The notes below the pieces were generated by a model. The model was not told where the DNA came from. It saw only the letters and a list, made by a program, of their open reading frames with translations, and did no database searches. A stretch of DNA of 64,000 nt from Bdellovibrionales bacterium (GTDB taxonomy: Bacteria; Bdellovibrionota; Bdellovibrionia; Bdellovibrionales; UBA1609). Positions within the stretch are counted from its first letter, which is position 1, and each line of letters begins with the position of its first letter. Position numbers and translations under genes: made by a program. This document shows positions 10,202 through 20,386 of this stretch, one piece after another. The stretch lies in contig OZ241877.1 in NCBI GenBank assembly GCA_965203095.1, positions 512,001 through 576,000 on the forward strand. The letters run 5' to 3'.

Positions 10202-10672
10202 ATGATGGGAGTTAACAAAGTCACATTGTTAGGGAACTTAGGGGCTGACCCTGAAGCAAAAAAAACAGCCTCTGGGCAAAGCATTACACTTTTCAACATG
10301 GCCACCAGCAATTTTTGGACTAACCGGGAAGGGCAAAGGCAGGAACATACAGAGTGGCATCGTATTGTGGTTTGGGGCAAACTGGCTGAAACATGTGCAG
10401 AATATCTTTTTAAGGGGAAAAAGGTTTATGTTGAGGGCCGATTGCAAACCCGCTCTTGGGAAGACGAGAAAAACCAAAAAAGATATATGACGGAAATTGT
10501 GGCCTCTCAAGTCCTATTCCTTGGCGGAAGTCAGGAGAGAAACCAAGACAGATCTTATGACAAAAACAGAGAATCTTCCCCTTACAATAAAGAGCCTGCT
10601 TTTGGAGAATCTTCTTCTGATAAAACTGATAATGATGAAAAAACAGCTCCAAATGATGACATTCCTTTTTAA
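10202..10672 (+). CDS. ssb: Single-stranded DNA-binding protein
   Basis: VNKVTLLGNLGADPE, TEWHRIV, acidic C-terminal DDIPF. Confidence 0.97.
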   Translation: MMGVNKVTLLGNLGADPEAKKTASGQSITLFNMATSNFWTNREGQRQEHTEWHRIVVWGKLAETCAEYLFKGKKVYVEGRLQTRSWEDEKNQKRYMTEIVASQVLFLGGSQERNQDRSYDKNRESSPYNKEPAFGESSSDKTDNDEKTAPNDDIPF

Positions 10673-10869
10673 TTGATTTGTGGAATTTTTTTAATATCAG
10701 TCAAGATTTAAGTTTTCGCAAAATCTTCCTTCACAGCATCAAATATTTTCAACCTCAGAGAGTGAAGCCTTATCTTTTAACCAAAGATATGATATCTAAG
10801 ATAAAATGGAAATATACCCTCTACAACATTAAAACAAGACAACTGAATTTATGGAGGAAACCTAATAAA

Positions 10870-12282
10870 ATGAAAATAAAATCGCCTAAAACTTCTAAAA
10901 CTTCAAGCCAAAACAGTATACAAAGTTTAAAGGCTATTTTGGATCCTCAGCAAATCAGTGAAGATCCTCAAGATATTGCTCAATACGGGAAGGACTGGCT
11001 CAAACAATGGAAGGGCCGGGGTTCTGCTGTGCTTTTTCCAAAAAAAACTCAAGATATTATTCGTATTGTCCAGTGGGCCAGAGAACATAAATGCCCACTC
11101 GTCCCTTCTGGAGGTCGAACCGGTTTGAGTGGAGGGGCAGTGGCCATTAAAAAAGAGTTTGTGGTCTCTTTTGATAAAATGAATCGGATTTTGGATTTTA
11201 ACCCTTTTGAACAAACTGTCTGTGTGGAATCGGGTTGTGTCACACAAAAAATTCAAGACTTTGCGAGAGAGAAAGGACTTTTTTTTCCCATATCTTTTGC
11301 TTCCGAAGGCTCTTCACAAATTGGAGGCAACATTGCAACCAATGTGGGAGGGGTTCATGTCATTCGCTATGGGAATATGAGAAATCGCGTTTTAGGTATT
11401 GAGGTGGTCACCGGCCGAGGGGAACTTTTAAAGTTAGGACGAGGGCTAATTAAAAATGCCGTGGGCTATAGTTTAAAAGATCTTTTTATTGGGAGTGAAG
11501 GCCTTTTGGGCTTTATTACAAAAGCGGTTTTATCTCTCATCCCAGCTCCAGAATCCTCTTTTGTTTTTTTAGTCGTTTTGGACAAGCCAGAAGATCTGTT
11601 AGCTCTGTTTCAAAAATTTAAGGAGAAAACTCAGCCATTGGCCTTTGAGTTTTGGACTGAAACAGCCTTAAAACATGTTTTGTCTCATGGGATGAACTAT
11701 CCTCTTTCTCAAAGAGGGCTTTTTTACACCTTAATTGAAGTGGAGAAAAAAGATCGGGAAAAAGCTCTCTTTATTTTTGAGCAAGCCCTTGAAAAAGGAA
11801 TTGTCAAAGACGGAACTTTAAGCCAAAACCCTACTCAATCCAAAGAGCTTTGGAAGTTGAGGGAGAGCATTAGTGAATCTATATCCTCATTTTGCCCTTA
11901 TAAAAATGACATTAGTGTTCGCCTCTCTCAACTATTGGATTTTTTAAAAGATCTGGAAAAACTTTTAAATAAAAAATACCCGGATTTTGAAGTAGTCCTC
12001 TTTGGTCATCTTGGAGATGGCAACCTGCATATCAATATTTTACAGCCAAAAAATTTATCGCACGAAAATTTTTTAAACCAATGCGAACAAGTGAATGACT
12101 TTTTGTTTGAGTTGGTCGGGAAATACCAAGGATCCATTTCCGCAGAGCATGGTGTGGGCTTACTTAAAAAACCTTATCTTAAATACTCCCGATCTTCAGA
12201 AGAGATAACCATTATGAAAGAGATTAAAAAAGTTTTTGATCCCGATAATATTTTAAACCCTGGAAAAATGTTTGATCTTTAA
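10870..12282 (+). CDS. FAD-binding oxidoreductase (GlcD/D-2-hydroxyglutarate dehydrogenase-like)
   Basis: PSGGRTGLSGGA, GHLGDGNLH, SAEHGVG, LNPGK motifs; GGAGG RBS supports ATG 10870 rather than the longer ORF start. Confidence 0.88.
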   Translation: MKIKSPKTSKTSSQNSIQSLKAILDPQQISEDPQDIAQYGKDWLKQWKGRGSAVLFPKKTQDIIRIVQWAREHKCPLVPSGGRTGLSGGAVAIKKEFVVSFDKMNRILDFNPFEQTVCVESGCVTQKIQDFAREKGLFFPISFASEGSSQIGGNIATNVGGVHVIRYGNMRNRVLGIEVVTGRGELLKLGRGLIKNAVGYSLKDLFIGSEGLLGFITKAVLSLIPAPESSFVFLVVLDKPEDLLALFQKFKEKTQPLAFEFWTETALKHVLSHGMNYPLSQRGLFYTLIEVEKKDREKALFIFEQALEKGIVKDGTLSQNPTQSKELWKLRESISESISSFCPYKNDISVRLSQLLDFLKDLEKLLNKKYPDFEVVLFGHLGDGNLHINILQPKNLSHENFLNQCEQVNDFLFELVGKYQGSISAEHGVGLLKKPYLKYSRSSEEITIMKEIKKVFDPDNILNPGKMFDL

Positions 12283-12300
12283 ATCTTTTTTTGCAAATAC

Positions 12301-12409
12301 TACTGTCATTCCAAATACTACTGTCATTCCCGTAAAAACGGGAATCCATATATCTTGTTTTGCGAGGAAAAAAGGGATTCCTGGATTCCCGCTCAAGGCG
12401 AGAATAACT
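12301..12409. repeat. Pair of REP-like palindromes between convergent genes
   Basis: gtcattcccgtaaaaacgggaatcca and inverted ctggattcccgctcaaggcgagaataac. Confidence 0.8.
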
Positions 12410-13079
12410 CTTTTAAAAATTGAATCATCTCCTCCCAGGAGGCTTTGTCGGCCTCTTCATTATAAGCTAAGGGGAGTTTAAACTTTTTTCCATTTTCTGT
12501 CGCTTGAGGATTAGTGAACCCATGAAGAGCATGAGGATAGTTTACAAAGCGATAGTCCGCTTGAGCCTGATCCATTTCCTCCTTAAACTTTTGAATTTGC
12601 TCTTTAGAAACAAAAGAGTCGGCCTCGCCATTAAGAACAAGTATCCGGGCAGAAATGTTTTTTTTAGCTAAAGAACTATCCCTCTCTAAGCCACCATGAA
12701 AGCTCACAAGCCCTTGAATATCTAACCCCGCACGGGCCATGTTTAAAGAAAGAGTCCCCCCCATACAATAACCCAAAGCAACGGTTTGACTTTTAATTAT
12801 TGATTTTAAACTTTTCATTTCATTTAAAAAATGATTTAATTTTTTTAATGTGGAATCCATGTTGGAAAAAAGCTTTTGCATAGCCGTTCCTGCTGAATCC
12901 GCCTCCTCAGTTGTCCAACCCTCCCCGTAAAGATCCGGGGCCATCACAATATAGCCCTCTTTTGCCAGTTGTTTGGCCTTATTTTTAATATTTTCTGTAA
13001 GACCCCAAAACTCATGAAGCATTAAAACCCCCGGATAAGACCCTGCACCCATAGGCTGAGCCAAAAAGGATTTTGACAT
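12393..13079 (-). CDS. Dienelactone hydrolase family protein
   Basis: HEFWGL, GYCMGG nucleophile, HGF motif; AAGGGG RBS supports start 13079 (ORF extends to 13124). Confidence 0.88.
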   Translation of the reverse strand: MSKSFLAQPMGAGSYPGVLMLHEFWGLTENIKNKAKQLAKEGYIVMAPDLYGEGWTTEEADSAGTAMQKLFSNMDSTLKKLNHFLNEMKSLKSIIKSQTVALGYCMGGTLSLNMARAGLDIQGLVSFHGGLERDSSLAKKNISARILVLNGEADSFVSKEQIQKFKEEMDQAQADYRFVNYPHALHGFTNPQATENGKKFKLPLAYNEEADKASWEEMIQFLKELFSP

Positions 13080-13432
13080 TTTATCCCCTTGTTTTATATG
13101 AAAATTAGCTGTTCTCCATGACATTTTCCCCTCCTGTAATTTTTCCTCTTTATATATTGTTCTCTCACATATTGCAACAACATAATTAACTTTTCAAAGC
13201 TTGCCTCCGTTTACAGAGCTTTTTTCCAGTAAAAACCTACAAAAATCCCCTGAACGGCACCCCCTTCAATAAAAGATTGACTTATGCTCAAAAAAAAGGT
13301 CCAATAGGCATTGTGTTAGATTTTTTGCAAGAATTGGCTTTTATTAAACAAACCCTTATCAAACAAAAAGTTGTTTTTTAACGGGGTTTTTTGGACACAT
13401 ACAAAAATATATAAAAATATTCTATAATAAAA

Positions 13433-14662
13433 ATGTCTAAAACTCTATTAAAAAATTTAAGAAAAAGATTCCCACAAATTGCCTTTATGGATCACCAGGG
13501 AGAAATTTACTTAGACAGTGCTTCCACCACTTTAAAAATGGATTTAGTTTTAAGTGTTTTGCAAGATATTTACACCACTTCTGTATCCAATGTTCATAGG
13601 GGAGATCATGAACTGAGCCTGAAAGCTACAGAGAGGTATGAAAAGGCTCGCTCCTCAGTAGCCAAGTTTATAGGGGCTGTAGCTCCTTCTGAAATTATTT
13701 TTACAAGAAACTCCACAGAGGGTCTTAATCTTCTGGCGGAAAGCTTAAGCGAAAGTTTGCACCCTGGGGATGAAATCCTTGTAAGTGCTATGGAGCATCA
13801 CTCCAACTTCCTCCCTTGGCAAAGCCTATCTCAAAGACTCAATGTCCAGCTGAAAATAGCCCCTGTAGATCAACAAGGAGCTTTAGACTGGCCTATTTTT
13901 AAAAAACTACTGAGTCGGAAAACAAAAATTTTATCCCTCAGCCATGTTTCCAATGTGACGGGGTTAATAAACCCTTTAGAAAAGATCATTCCCTTAGCAC
14001 GAAAGCAGAGTCAGGCAAAAATAATTATTGACTCGGCTCAATCCGCCTCTTTTTTGCCTATTGATGTTAAAAAAATGGACTGTGATTTTTTGGTTTTTTC
14101 AGGGCATAAGATTTTTTCTCCCGCAGGCATTGGTGTTCTTTATGGTAAAAGCTCTTGTTTAAAAAATCTGCCCCCTTATCAAAAAGGAGGAGGGGCTATT
14201 TTTAAAGTGACAGCAAAAAAAACGGATTGGGCCAACATTCCCTATAAGTTTGAGGCCGGCACCCCTTTTATTGAAGGGGCATGTGCTTTAGCTGAAGTCC
14301 TGTCTTTTTTAAAAAAAGGGGCCGGATTTGAAAATTTTTTTAAATGGGAAAGAGATCTGCTCTCTCAAGCAGAAGAGGCTTTATCCCAGATCCCTGGCCT
14401 TTACATTGTGGGGCCAAAAAACAATCGATCCAATATTTTGTCTTTTACTGTTGCAGGCATTCCCTCTCCGGATCTGTCCTTTATTTTAGCAAAACAAAAG
14501 CTGGCTCTTAGAGCAGGCCATCACTGTTGCATGCCATTAATGGATTCTTTAGGCTTAAAGTCCGGAACTGTAAGGGCCTCCTTTTCCATCTACAATCGGG
14601 AAGAGGATATTCAAGCTTTAAAAAAAGGAGTCATAAAAGCTTTGGAAATTTTAAGATCTTAA
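13433..14662 (+). CDS. sufS: SufS-family cysteine desulfurase
   Basis: YLDSAST, SNVHRG, MEHHSN, FSGHK (PLP Lys), RAGHHC. Confidence 0.88.
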   Translation: MSKTLLKNLRKRFPQIAFMDHQGEIYLDSASTTLKMDLVLSVLQDIYTTSVSNVHRGDHELSLKATERYEKARSSVAKFIGAVAPSEIIFTRNSTEGLNLLAESLSESLHPGDEILVSAMEHHSNFLPWQSLSQRLNVQLKIAPVDQQGALDWPIFKKLLSRKTKILSLSHVSNVTGLINPLEKIIPLARKQSQAKIIIDSAQSASFLPIDVKKMDCDFLVFSGHKIFSPAGIGVLYGKSSCLKNLPPYQKGGGAIFKVTAKKTDWANIPYKFEAGTPFIEGACALAEVLSFLKKGAGFENFFKWERDLLSQAEEALSQIPGLYIVGPKNNRSNILSFTVAGIPSPDLSFILAKQKLALRAGHHCCMPLMDSLGLKSGTVRASFSIYNREEDIQALKKGVIKALEILRS

Positions 14663-14758
14663 GCCTCAAAAATTTAAATAAAGCTTTTCAAAATCATTTT
14701 TTGTGCTATACTGGCTAAAGCTATTGTAAGGGAGAGCACAAAAATCAGGAGGATAATA

Positions 14759-15340
14759 TTGAGTAAAACCAGCCTTTCTTCAAAAGATATTTTGGTTCGT
14801 GTGTTAAAGACACCTAACCCTTTGGCCATAAAATTGGTCATGAATTTCCCTGTGAAAAGGGAGGGAAAAGCCTCTTTTACAAAAAAAGAACAGCTTTCCC
14901 ACATTCCTCTGCTTTTAAACCTTTTTAACATTCCGGGGATCCAACAAATTCATGTATTTGAGAATCAAATCAGTTTGAGCCATGAGGGAGGAGTGAGTTT
15001 TGAAGAGATAGGGGAACAGGCAGAAAAAATCATAAAACATTTTGGGGCGAGTCATAATGCGGATTTTCCCTCCCCTACGGAGGAAAAGAAAAAAAGCTCC
15101 AGCTCACTCTCTAAAATCCATCGTTTAGCGGAAGAGGTTTTGGATCGAAGTATTCGCCCGGGCCTTCAAGCCGATGGCGGAGATCTGGAAATTGTATCTT
15201 TTAAAGGCAATAGGGTGGAAATAGCCTACCAAGGAGCTTGTGGTGGTTGCCCCAGCTCTTATATGGGGACTTTAGACGCTATTGAAAACATACTTCGCTA
15301 TGAGTTGAAAAATGATAAAATAGAAGTCTACCCTGTGTAG
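14759..15340 (+). CDS. NifU/Nfu-family Fe-S scaffold protein
   Basis: N-terminal TPNP motif; C-terminal IRPGLQADGGD and GACGGCPSS (CxxC). Confidence 0.88.
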   Translation: MSKTSLSSKDILVRVLKTPNPLAIKLVMNFPVKREGKASFTKKEQLSHIPLLLNLFNIPGIQQIHVFENQISLSHEGGVSFEEIGEQAEKIIKHFGASHNADFPSPTEEKKKSSSSLSKIHRLAEEVLDRSIRPGLQADGGDLEIVSFKGNRVEIAYQGACGGCPSSYMGTLDAIENILRYELKNDKIEVYPV

Positions 15341-15371
15341 GGTTATTTATACTTCTCATAAAATTAAAGTT

Positions 15372-16079
15372 ATGAACTTGTTTTCCTCTAAACCATGGTT
15401 TTCTGATCCGCGAGTGCAAGCTTTTTTAAACAAGATTCTATTTGTCAAAAAAACAATAGAGCCTTCCCATTTTTATTTAAGGACTGCTTTTTTTATCCTT
15501 CTTGTAGTATGGGGATTGAGCTTTTTTGACGAAAACGATTTTGAGAAAAATCCTTACGGGGCTATGGACTCCTTTTGGCATCGTATCCATTTGCCTTTTC
15601 ATGAGGCTGGGCATTTGATTTTTAATTGGGGTGAATTTATGAATGCTTTTGGCGGGACCCTCATGCAATGCCTTGTTCCTATAGTGATTATGGTTTATTT
15701 TATCCGGCAGAAGGATAATTTTTCCGCCTCTTTTGGCTTGTGGTGGTTAGGCCAAAGCCTTTTAGATATTGCCCCTTACATTTACGATGCTCATGATCAA
15801 AAATTGATTCTTCTTGGAGGAGGCACAGGAAGAGATATGCCAGGTTCGCATGATTGGCATTATCTTTTGAGTGCGATCAATCGTTTAGATAGCTATGCTC
15901 AGCTGGCCTCTTCTACGGTCCGGATGGGAAAGCTCATCCTTTGCCTTTCTTTTATATGGGGCGGGATCGTTTTATATAGGCAATTCCTCATACTAAAAGA
16001 TCAGAGATTTAAAAAACCCTTAGAGGGGGAAGAGGAGCACTCTCAAGCAGGATTTTTCAAACAAAATTGGTATAAATAG
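15372..16079 (+). CDS. Membrane protein with HExxH motif (M50-like metallopeptidase)
   Basis: Several hydrophobic helices, FHEAGH, HDW motif. Confidence 0.6.
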   Translation: MNLFSSKPWFSDPRVQAFLNKILFVKKTIEPSHFYLRTAFFILLVVWGLSFFDENDFEKNPYGAMDSFWHRIHLPFHEAGHLIFNWGEFMNAFGGTLMQCLVPIVIMVYFIRQKDNFSASFGLWWLGQSLLDIAPYIYDAHDQKLILLGGGTGRDMPGSHDWHYLLSAINRLDSYAQLASSTVRMGKLILCLSFIWGGIVLYRQFLILKDQRFKKPLEGEEEHSQAGFFKQNWYK

Positions 16080-16085
16080 TCGCCC

Positions 16086-16613
16086 ATGAAAAAAAATTAC
16101 AATACCCCTTTACAACAAATGTATTTATCTGAAGTTTTAGGTGTAAGCCATTACCTTTGTCCGGAAGATATTTATTCGCTCCGATCTTTAAAAGGTCCTC
16201 TTCCCTGCTCTGTTCTCATCGTGTTGTTTCAAACCAGTTCTCCTTCTCAAAAAAAATTACTTAAAAAAATTATGGCGAGCATAAATGTTTTTGAATACAG
16301 TTTGCTGGAAATAAAAAATGACGCGGTTTTAAGTTTATTGTTCTCTAAAAAATGGGCAGACTTTATATGTTTTTTTGGAGGAAAAGACTTAATTAAAGAG
16401 GGTTTTTTAATTAAAAAAAATAACCAGCTACTTTTAGCTAATCAAAATAAGATAGAAGCAGAATTAAAAAAACCTACTTCTTTTTTACAAGTTTGTGCCT
16501 TAGAGGAGTTGGAGGGAGTGGGCACAGAAGTTAATAAAAACAAACACAAAACCTGGACCTTGCTGAAACAATGTCGACAAAATTTTTCCAAAAAAACAAT
16601 TCTATATTATTAA
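16086..16613 (+). CDS. Hypothetical protein
   Basis: 175-aa ORF in operon position. Confidence 0.65.
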   Translation: MKKNYNTPLQQMYLSEVLGVSHYLCPEDIYSLRSLKGPLPCSVLIVLFQTSSPSQKKLLKKIMASINVFEYSLLEIKNDAVLSLLFSKKWADFICFFGGKDLIKEGFLIKKNNQLLLANQNKIEAELKKPTSFLQVCALEELEGVGTEVNKNKHKTWTLLKQCRQNFSKKTILYY

Positions 16614-16632
16614 GAGCTGATCTCCGATAAAA

Positions 16633-17415
16633 TTATAAAAACTCTTTCAATAACTGGATAAAAATTTGCAACTGCTCAAAGTTAAGCCAATGCCCGCTCT
16701 CTTTTACCTCTTTCCCAATAATTTGTGGGTTAAGTTTTAAACTTTTTTCAAAATCGGATCGCAAAAAGTGTGTAGAATGTTCCCCTCTCAAAATAAGAAT
16801 GGGAATTTTTAAACGGCTTAATATAGAGGGATAATTCGCCCGTCTCACATCAGGCAAGAGTTTTAAAAGCCCCTCACGATCAAATAGGAATCGAACAGGG
16901 CCTTTTGCTGGATTATTCAAACTGGCCATTAGGAAATCAGCCATTGAACGGGAAAAAAGCCCCTTGGCCACAGCTTTTTTAAAAAAATCTCTACCTTGTC
17001 GCCGATGGGGGAACGAATCAGGAAGTTTAAAAAGAATGTCCTCTATTTGTTTTCCAGCAGAAGCCAAGGGCCAGGGAGAACTATCCACAATAACTATTTT
17101 TTGCACCCGATCAGGAAATTTTTTTGCAAAAAGAAGTGCAACATAACCTCCAAGAGAATGTCCTACAAGACTAACCCTTGGCCAATTTAAAAAATCCAAC
17201 ATATTTTTTAAATCCAAAGCCAACTGTTTCACAGTGTAAGGCTCACTGTGAAAAGACCGCCCATGGCCCCTTTGATCATAAAGTAAACTTTTATGTTTAG
17301 GCTTAAGAGCATGGCTTGCACTATAAAAGTTTCTCCAAAAGCCCAAAATCCCATGAATAAAAACAAGAGGAGTGCCTTTTTCCCCAATCTGCCGGTAATA
17401 AAATTTATCTTCCAT
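16633..17415 (-). CDS. Alpha/beta hydrolase (YbfF-like esterase)
   Basis: IHGILG, DQRGHG, GHSLGG nucleophile, SGHW. Confidence 0.88.
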   Translation of the reverse strand: MEDKFYYRQIGEKGTPLVFIHGILGFWRNFYSASHALKPKHKSLLYDQRGHGRSFHSEPYTVKQLALDLKNMLDFLNWPRVSLVGHSLGGYVALLFAKKFPDRVQKIVIVDSSPWPLASAGKQIEDILFKLPDSFPHRRQGRDFFKKAVAKGLFSRSMADFLMASLNNPAKGPVRFLFDREGLLKLLPDVRRANYPSILSRLKIPILILRGEHSTHFLRSDFEKSLKLNPQIIGKEVKESGHWLNFEQLQIFIQLLKEFL

Positions 17416-17578
17416 ATTTTTAAACCTTATACCTCACAAATTCATCTCATCTTTTAAGTGATAAGGATCTCACAGGATAACTTCCTAAAGAGAATCTATA
17501 TTTTTCTTTGCTCAAGTCTATACCACTACATTTTTAAAAAAACAACAAAAACCAGGTTGCAATTCGAAATCAAGCAGA

Positions 17579-20329
17579 TTATTTAATCTTTAAAATCTTA
17601 TTTATAATTTTATGAACTTTCTGACCAGTTTCATCTTGTGAAATAGCAAACCGCCAAGCTCCGTTTTCCTCATCTTGATTAACAGCTTTAACCCATGTCT
17701 TCATATAATTCCACTTGGATTCATCTTTTGGCTTTTCGACTCCTTTAACTTCAAGAATAAGATGGCTTTTGTCTGAGAGACGAACAATAAAATCAGGAAT
17801 ATAACTATGTAAAGCTCCATTATGAACATATTTTATTTCAAAACCCAGGTGATCATTTTTTGCCCAAGCTTTAACATGTGGATTTCTGTCCAACTCTCTG
17901 GCATGAGCCAATTCCCAAGCACTATCCACAACACATCTGTTAATGTGTGTTTTTTTAAATATATCTGTTTTTTTACCAGTCCGCCATTGTAAAACTTCTT
18001 TTGTTGATCGGTATTTTGGATTTTTATAAAGAAGAGAAATATCCTCTTGATTCTGATGGTTAATAGCAGAAAAAACTTTTCTCACAATTTGCTCCATCCC
18101 CATCATAATAGCAATTTTCTTTTTTATTTCATTTTCTTGAAAAGATTTGGGCTTTATTTGAAATTTATCAGAATTTAAAAATTCCTCCACAATTTGGATC
18201 AGTTGAGAGAAAGCACAATCTTTATTTATTTTGCTTTTCCAATTGGGATTTATTTGATCATAAACATTGGAGGCAACAGTAAATAAAAGGCTTTGCATGC
18301 GAACATTTTTGTCTTTGATAAGCTTTTCCAGATCTATGGTTTTTATTTGTTCATAACTTGGCTGACCGTTAATTTCAGGAGCTAAATCGGCAATTTTTCT
18401 AACTTTAGATATTTCTAAAGGCTTTATTTTCTCAAAATCTACTGTCAAAACTGGTTTTAGCTCAAAATCAATCCTTTCCACATTAGGCCAAGTGATTTTA
18501 TATTTTTCTTTTTCCGGATCAGGAAAAATAGCAAGCTTTGGGGAGGCCGGACGGGGATCGCCTCCTTGAACCTCCTCTTGTGGAATAAAAGAAAAGGGAA
18601 TGCCAAAAATATTTACATATTCCGGATCAAAAAAACCTTTTTCATTTAGCTCATAAGAAGTTCGCCTTAGTCCTCGGCCCACAACTTGCTCGCATAACAG
18701 CTGACTGGAAAAGGCTCTCAAACCCATAATATGAGTCACAGTCTGACAATTCCAACCTTCAGTGAGCATAGCAACAGAAATAATATGCCTTAACTGCTCT
18801 CCCGGCTTTCCCTCTTGACCGGCAGTGTTGACTTTTTCCCGTAGCTCTTTCATTTTTTTGTCTTTGTCTTCAATAAAATCCAGATCAGAATAAATAAGGG
18901 CAGTTGTTTCCTCTTTACAAAGCTCTGGAATGACAATTCTTTTTTTCTCAAACATATATTTTACTCTGTCGGCTGTCTCTTTTCTGTTTACAGCTGAAAT
19001 CATCACCGGAGGAGTGGGCATTTTTTCCTTTTGCCAATGTGTTAAAGTTTTTTCCCAATCATGAGCCAAAAGCAAATAGCCATTTCTCACTAACTCAGGA
19101 AGTATCTCTGTCGGCTGAGATCCCTTTCTGTTTAAGTTGGACTTAACATCCTCATCATTGTAAATATGATAAAGTTTTGATCTATAACTTTCAGGATCTA
19201 TGGGGCCATCATCCCGGACCACAAAGCGAGGAGTCTTTGTCAAACCCGACTCCACAGCATCCATTAAGCCAAAATCGCTAACTATCCAATCAAACAGGTC
19301 CTCCTTATAAGAGGCTTTGCCTTTTGTGCCAGAAGGAGCAAAGGGAGTAGCTGAAAAATCAAGGCAAGTTAATATACCGTTTACTTTATGGATTCGGTCC
19401 AGCCCTTGGACCCAACAAGTGGCTCTTTCTTTCTCATTTTTATCAATGCCTTTTTGTTTTTCCTCGCTTCTATGTCTCCAAGCATGATGAGCTTCATCGT
19501 TAATAATGAGAATATTTTTTGCTTGAGCCATATCGCATAAAACATCTTTGATATAAACTCTGTCGCTTTTTGGCCCTCTTTTATCGACAGTTTTTTTCTT
19601 TAGCAAAGCCTCCTCACTATCCCACATAAGAGTATGCCAGTTTTCAATAAGGACTTTCCCTTGTCTTAATAGAGGAAATAGATCATAAGGAATAATTTTT
19701 TTCTCTTCATAATAATTATTTTTGTCTTTAAAATCTAAAACAGAGAGACGATTCTTAACAGTTAAATTGGGAGCAACAATAAACACATGTTTTGAAAAGC
19801 GAGTGTCTTTAGGGTAAGAGACTTTATTTAAAACCTGCCAAGCAATGCTCATAGCCATTACATAAGTTTTGCCTGTGCCGGTGGCCATTTTCGTGCAAAG
19901 TCTTTCAAAACTCCCTCCGTCTTTTGGAATTTCAATGCCTGTTGATTCCGAGGCATGAGCCTCTTTAAGCCAAATCAAAGTTTCTATAGCTTCTTTTTGA
20001 CAAAAGAAAAACTCAAAATCCCGTCCATCCGCGTTTTTGCTATTCCAAAACTTCAACAGGCTTTTTGTGATTCCTGTCACTCCCGGATAGCCCTTGTCTC
20101 GCCATGATTTCACTCTAAGGCGGATCTTATTTGCTAAGGGAAGTTCAATAAAATCTCCAACCTCTTGGTATTTTTTGCTCTGGGAGGCAATCACATAACC
20201 AGCGGGCCTTCGTCCCGCTTTTATAAAATGCTTGCCTTTAGTTTTATCAAAATCCCAATGTTGTTCTGGTTCTTCAAAAGGGGAGTTTATAATTAGCCTG
20301 TCAATTTTTTCTTTAAAAATTGTTTTCAT
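17579..20329 (-). CDS. Type III restriction enzyme, Res subunit
   Basis: MATGTGKT, DEAH, QVVGRGLRR helicase motifs; C-terminal YIPDF..LEVKG nuclease. Confidence 0.9.
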   Translation of the reverse strand: MKTIFKEKIDRLIINSPFEEPEQHWDFDKTKGKHFIKAGRRPAGYVIASQSKKYQEVGDFIELPLANKIRLRVKSWRDKGYPGVTGITKSLLKFWNSKNADGRDFEFFFCQKEAIETLIWLKEAHASESTGIEIPKDGGSFERLCTKMATGTGKTYVMAMSIAWQVLNKVSYPKDTRFSKHVFIVAPNLTVKNRLSVLDFKDKNNYYEEKKIIPYDLFPLLRQGKVLIENWHTLMWDSEEALLKKKTVDKRGPKSDRVYIKDVLCDMAQAKNILIINDEAHHAWRHRSEEKQKGIDKNEKERATCWVQGLDRIHKVNGILTCLDFSATPFAPSGTKGKASYKEDLFDWIVSDFGLMDAVESGLTKTPRFVVRDDGPIDPESYRSKLYHIYNDEDVKSNLNRKGSQPTEILPELVRNGYLLLAHDWEKTLTHWQKEKMPTPPVMISAVNRKETADRVKYMFEKKRIVIPELCKEETTALIYSDLDFIEDKDKKMKELREKVNTAGQEGKPGEQLRHIISVAMLTEGWNCQTVTHIMGLRAFSSQLLCEQVVGRGLRRTSYELNEKGFFDPEYVNIFGIPFSFIPQEEVQGGDPRPASPKLAIFPDPEKEKYKITWPNVERIDFELKPVLTVDFEKIKPLEISKVRKIADLAPEINGQPSYEQIKTIDLEKLIKDKNVRMQSLLFTVASNVYDQINPNWKSKINKDCAFSQLIQIVEEFLNSDKFQIKPKSFQENEIKKKIAIMMGMEQIVRKVFSAINHQNQEDISLLYKNPKYRSTKEVLQWRTGKKTDIFKKTHINRCVVDSAWELAHARELDRNPHVKAWAKNDHLGFEIKYVHNGALHSYIPDFIVRLSDKSHLILEVKGVEKPKDESKWNYMKTWVKAVNQDEENGAWRFAISQDETGQKVHKIINKILKIK

Positions 20330-20386
20330 TTAGTTTGTTCCTTTGCTGTTTATTTTAAATTTAGTTGTTCTGATTTTGTTATTCTT

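Noticed and set aside
10678..10869. 64-aa N-terminal extension of the FAD oxidoreductase
   Set aside because: No RBS at the TTG; a GGAGG precedes ATG 10870 and family similarity starts after it
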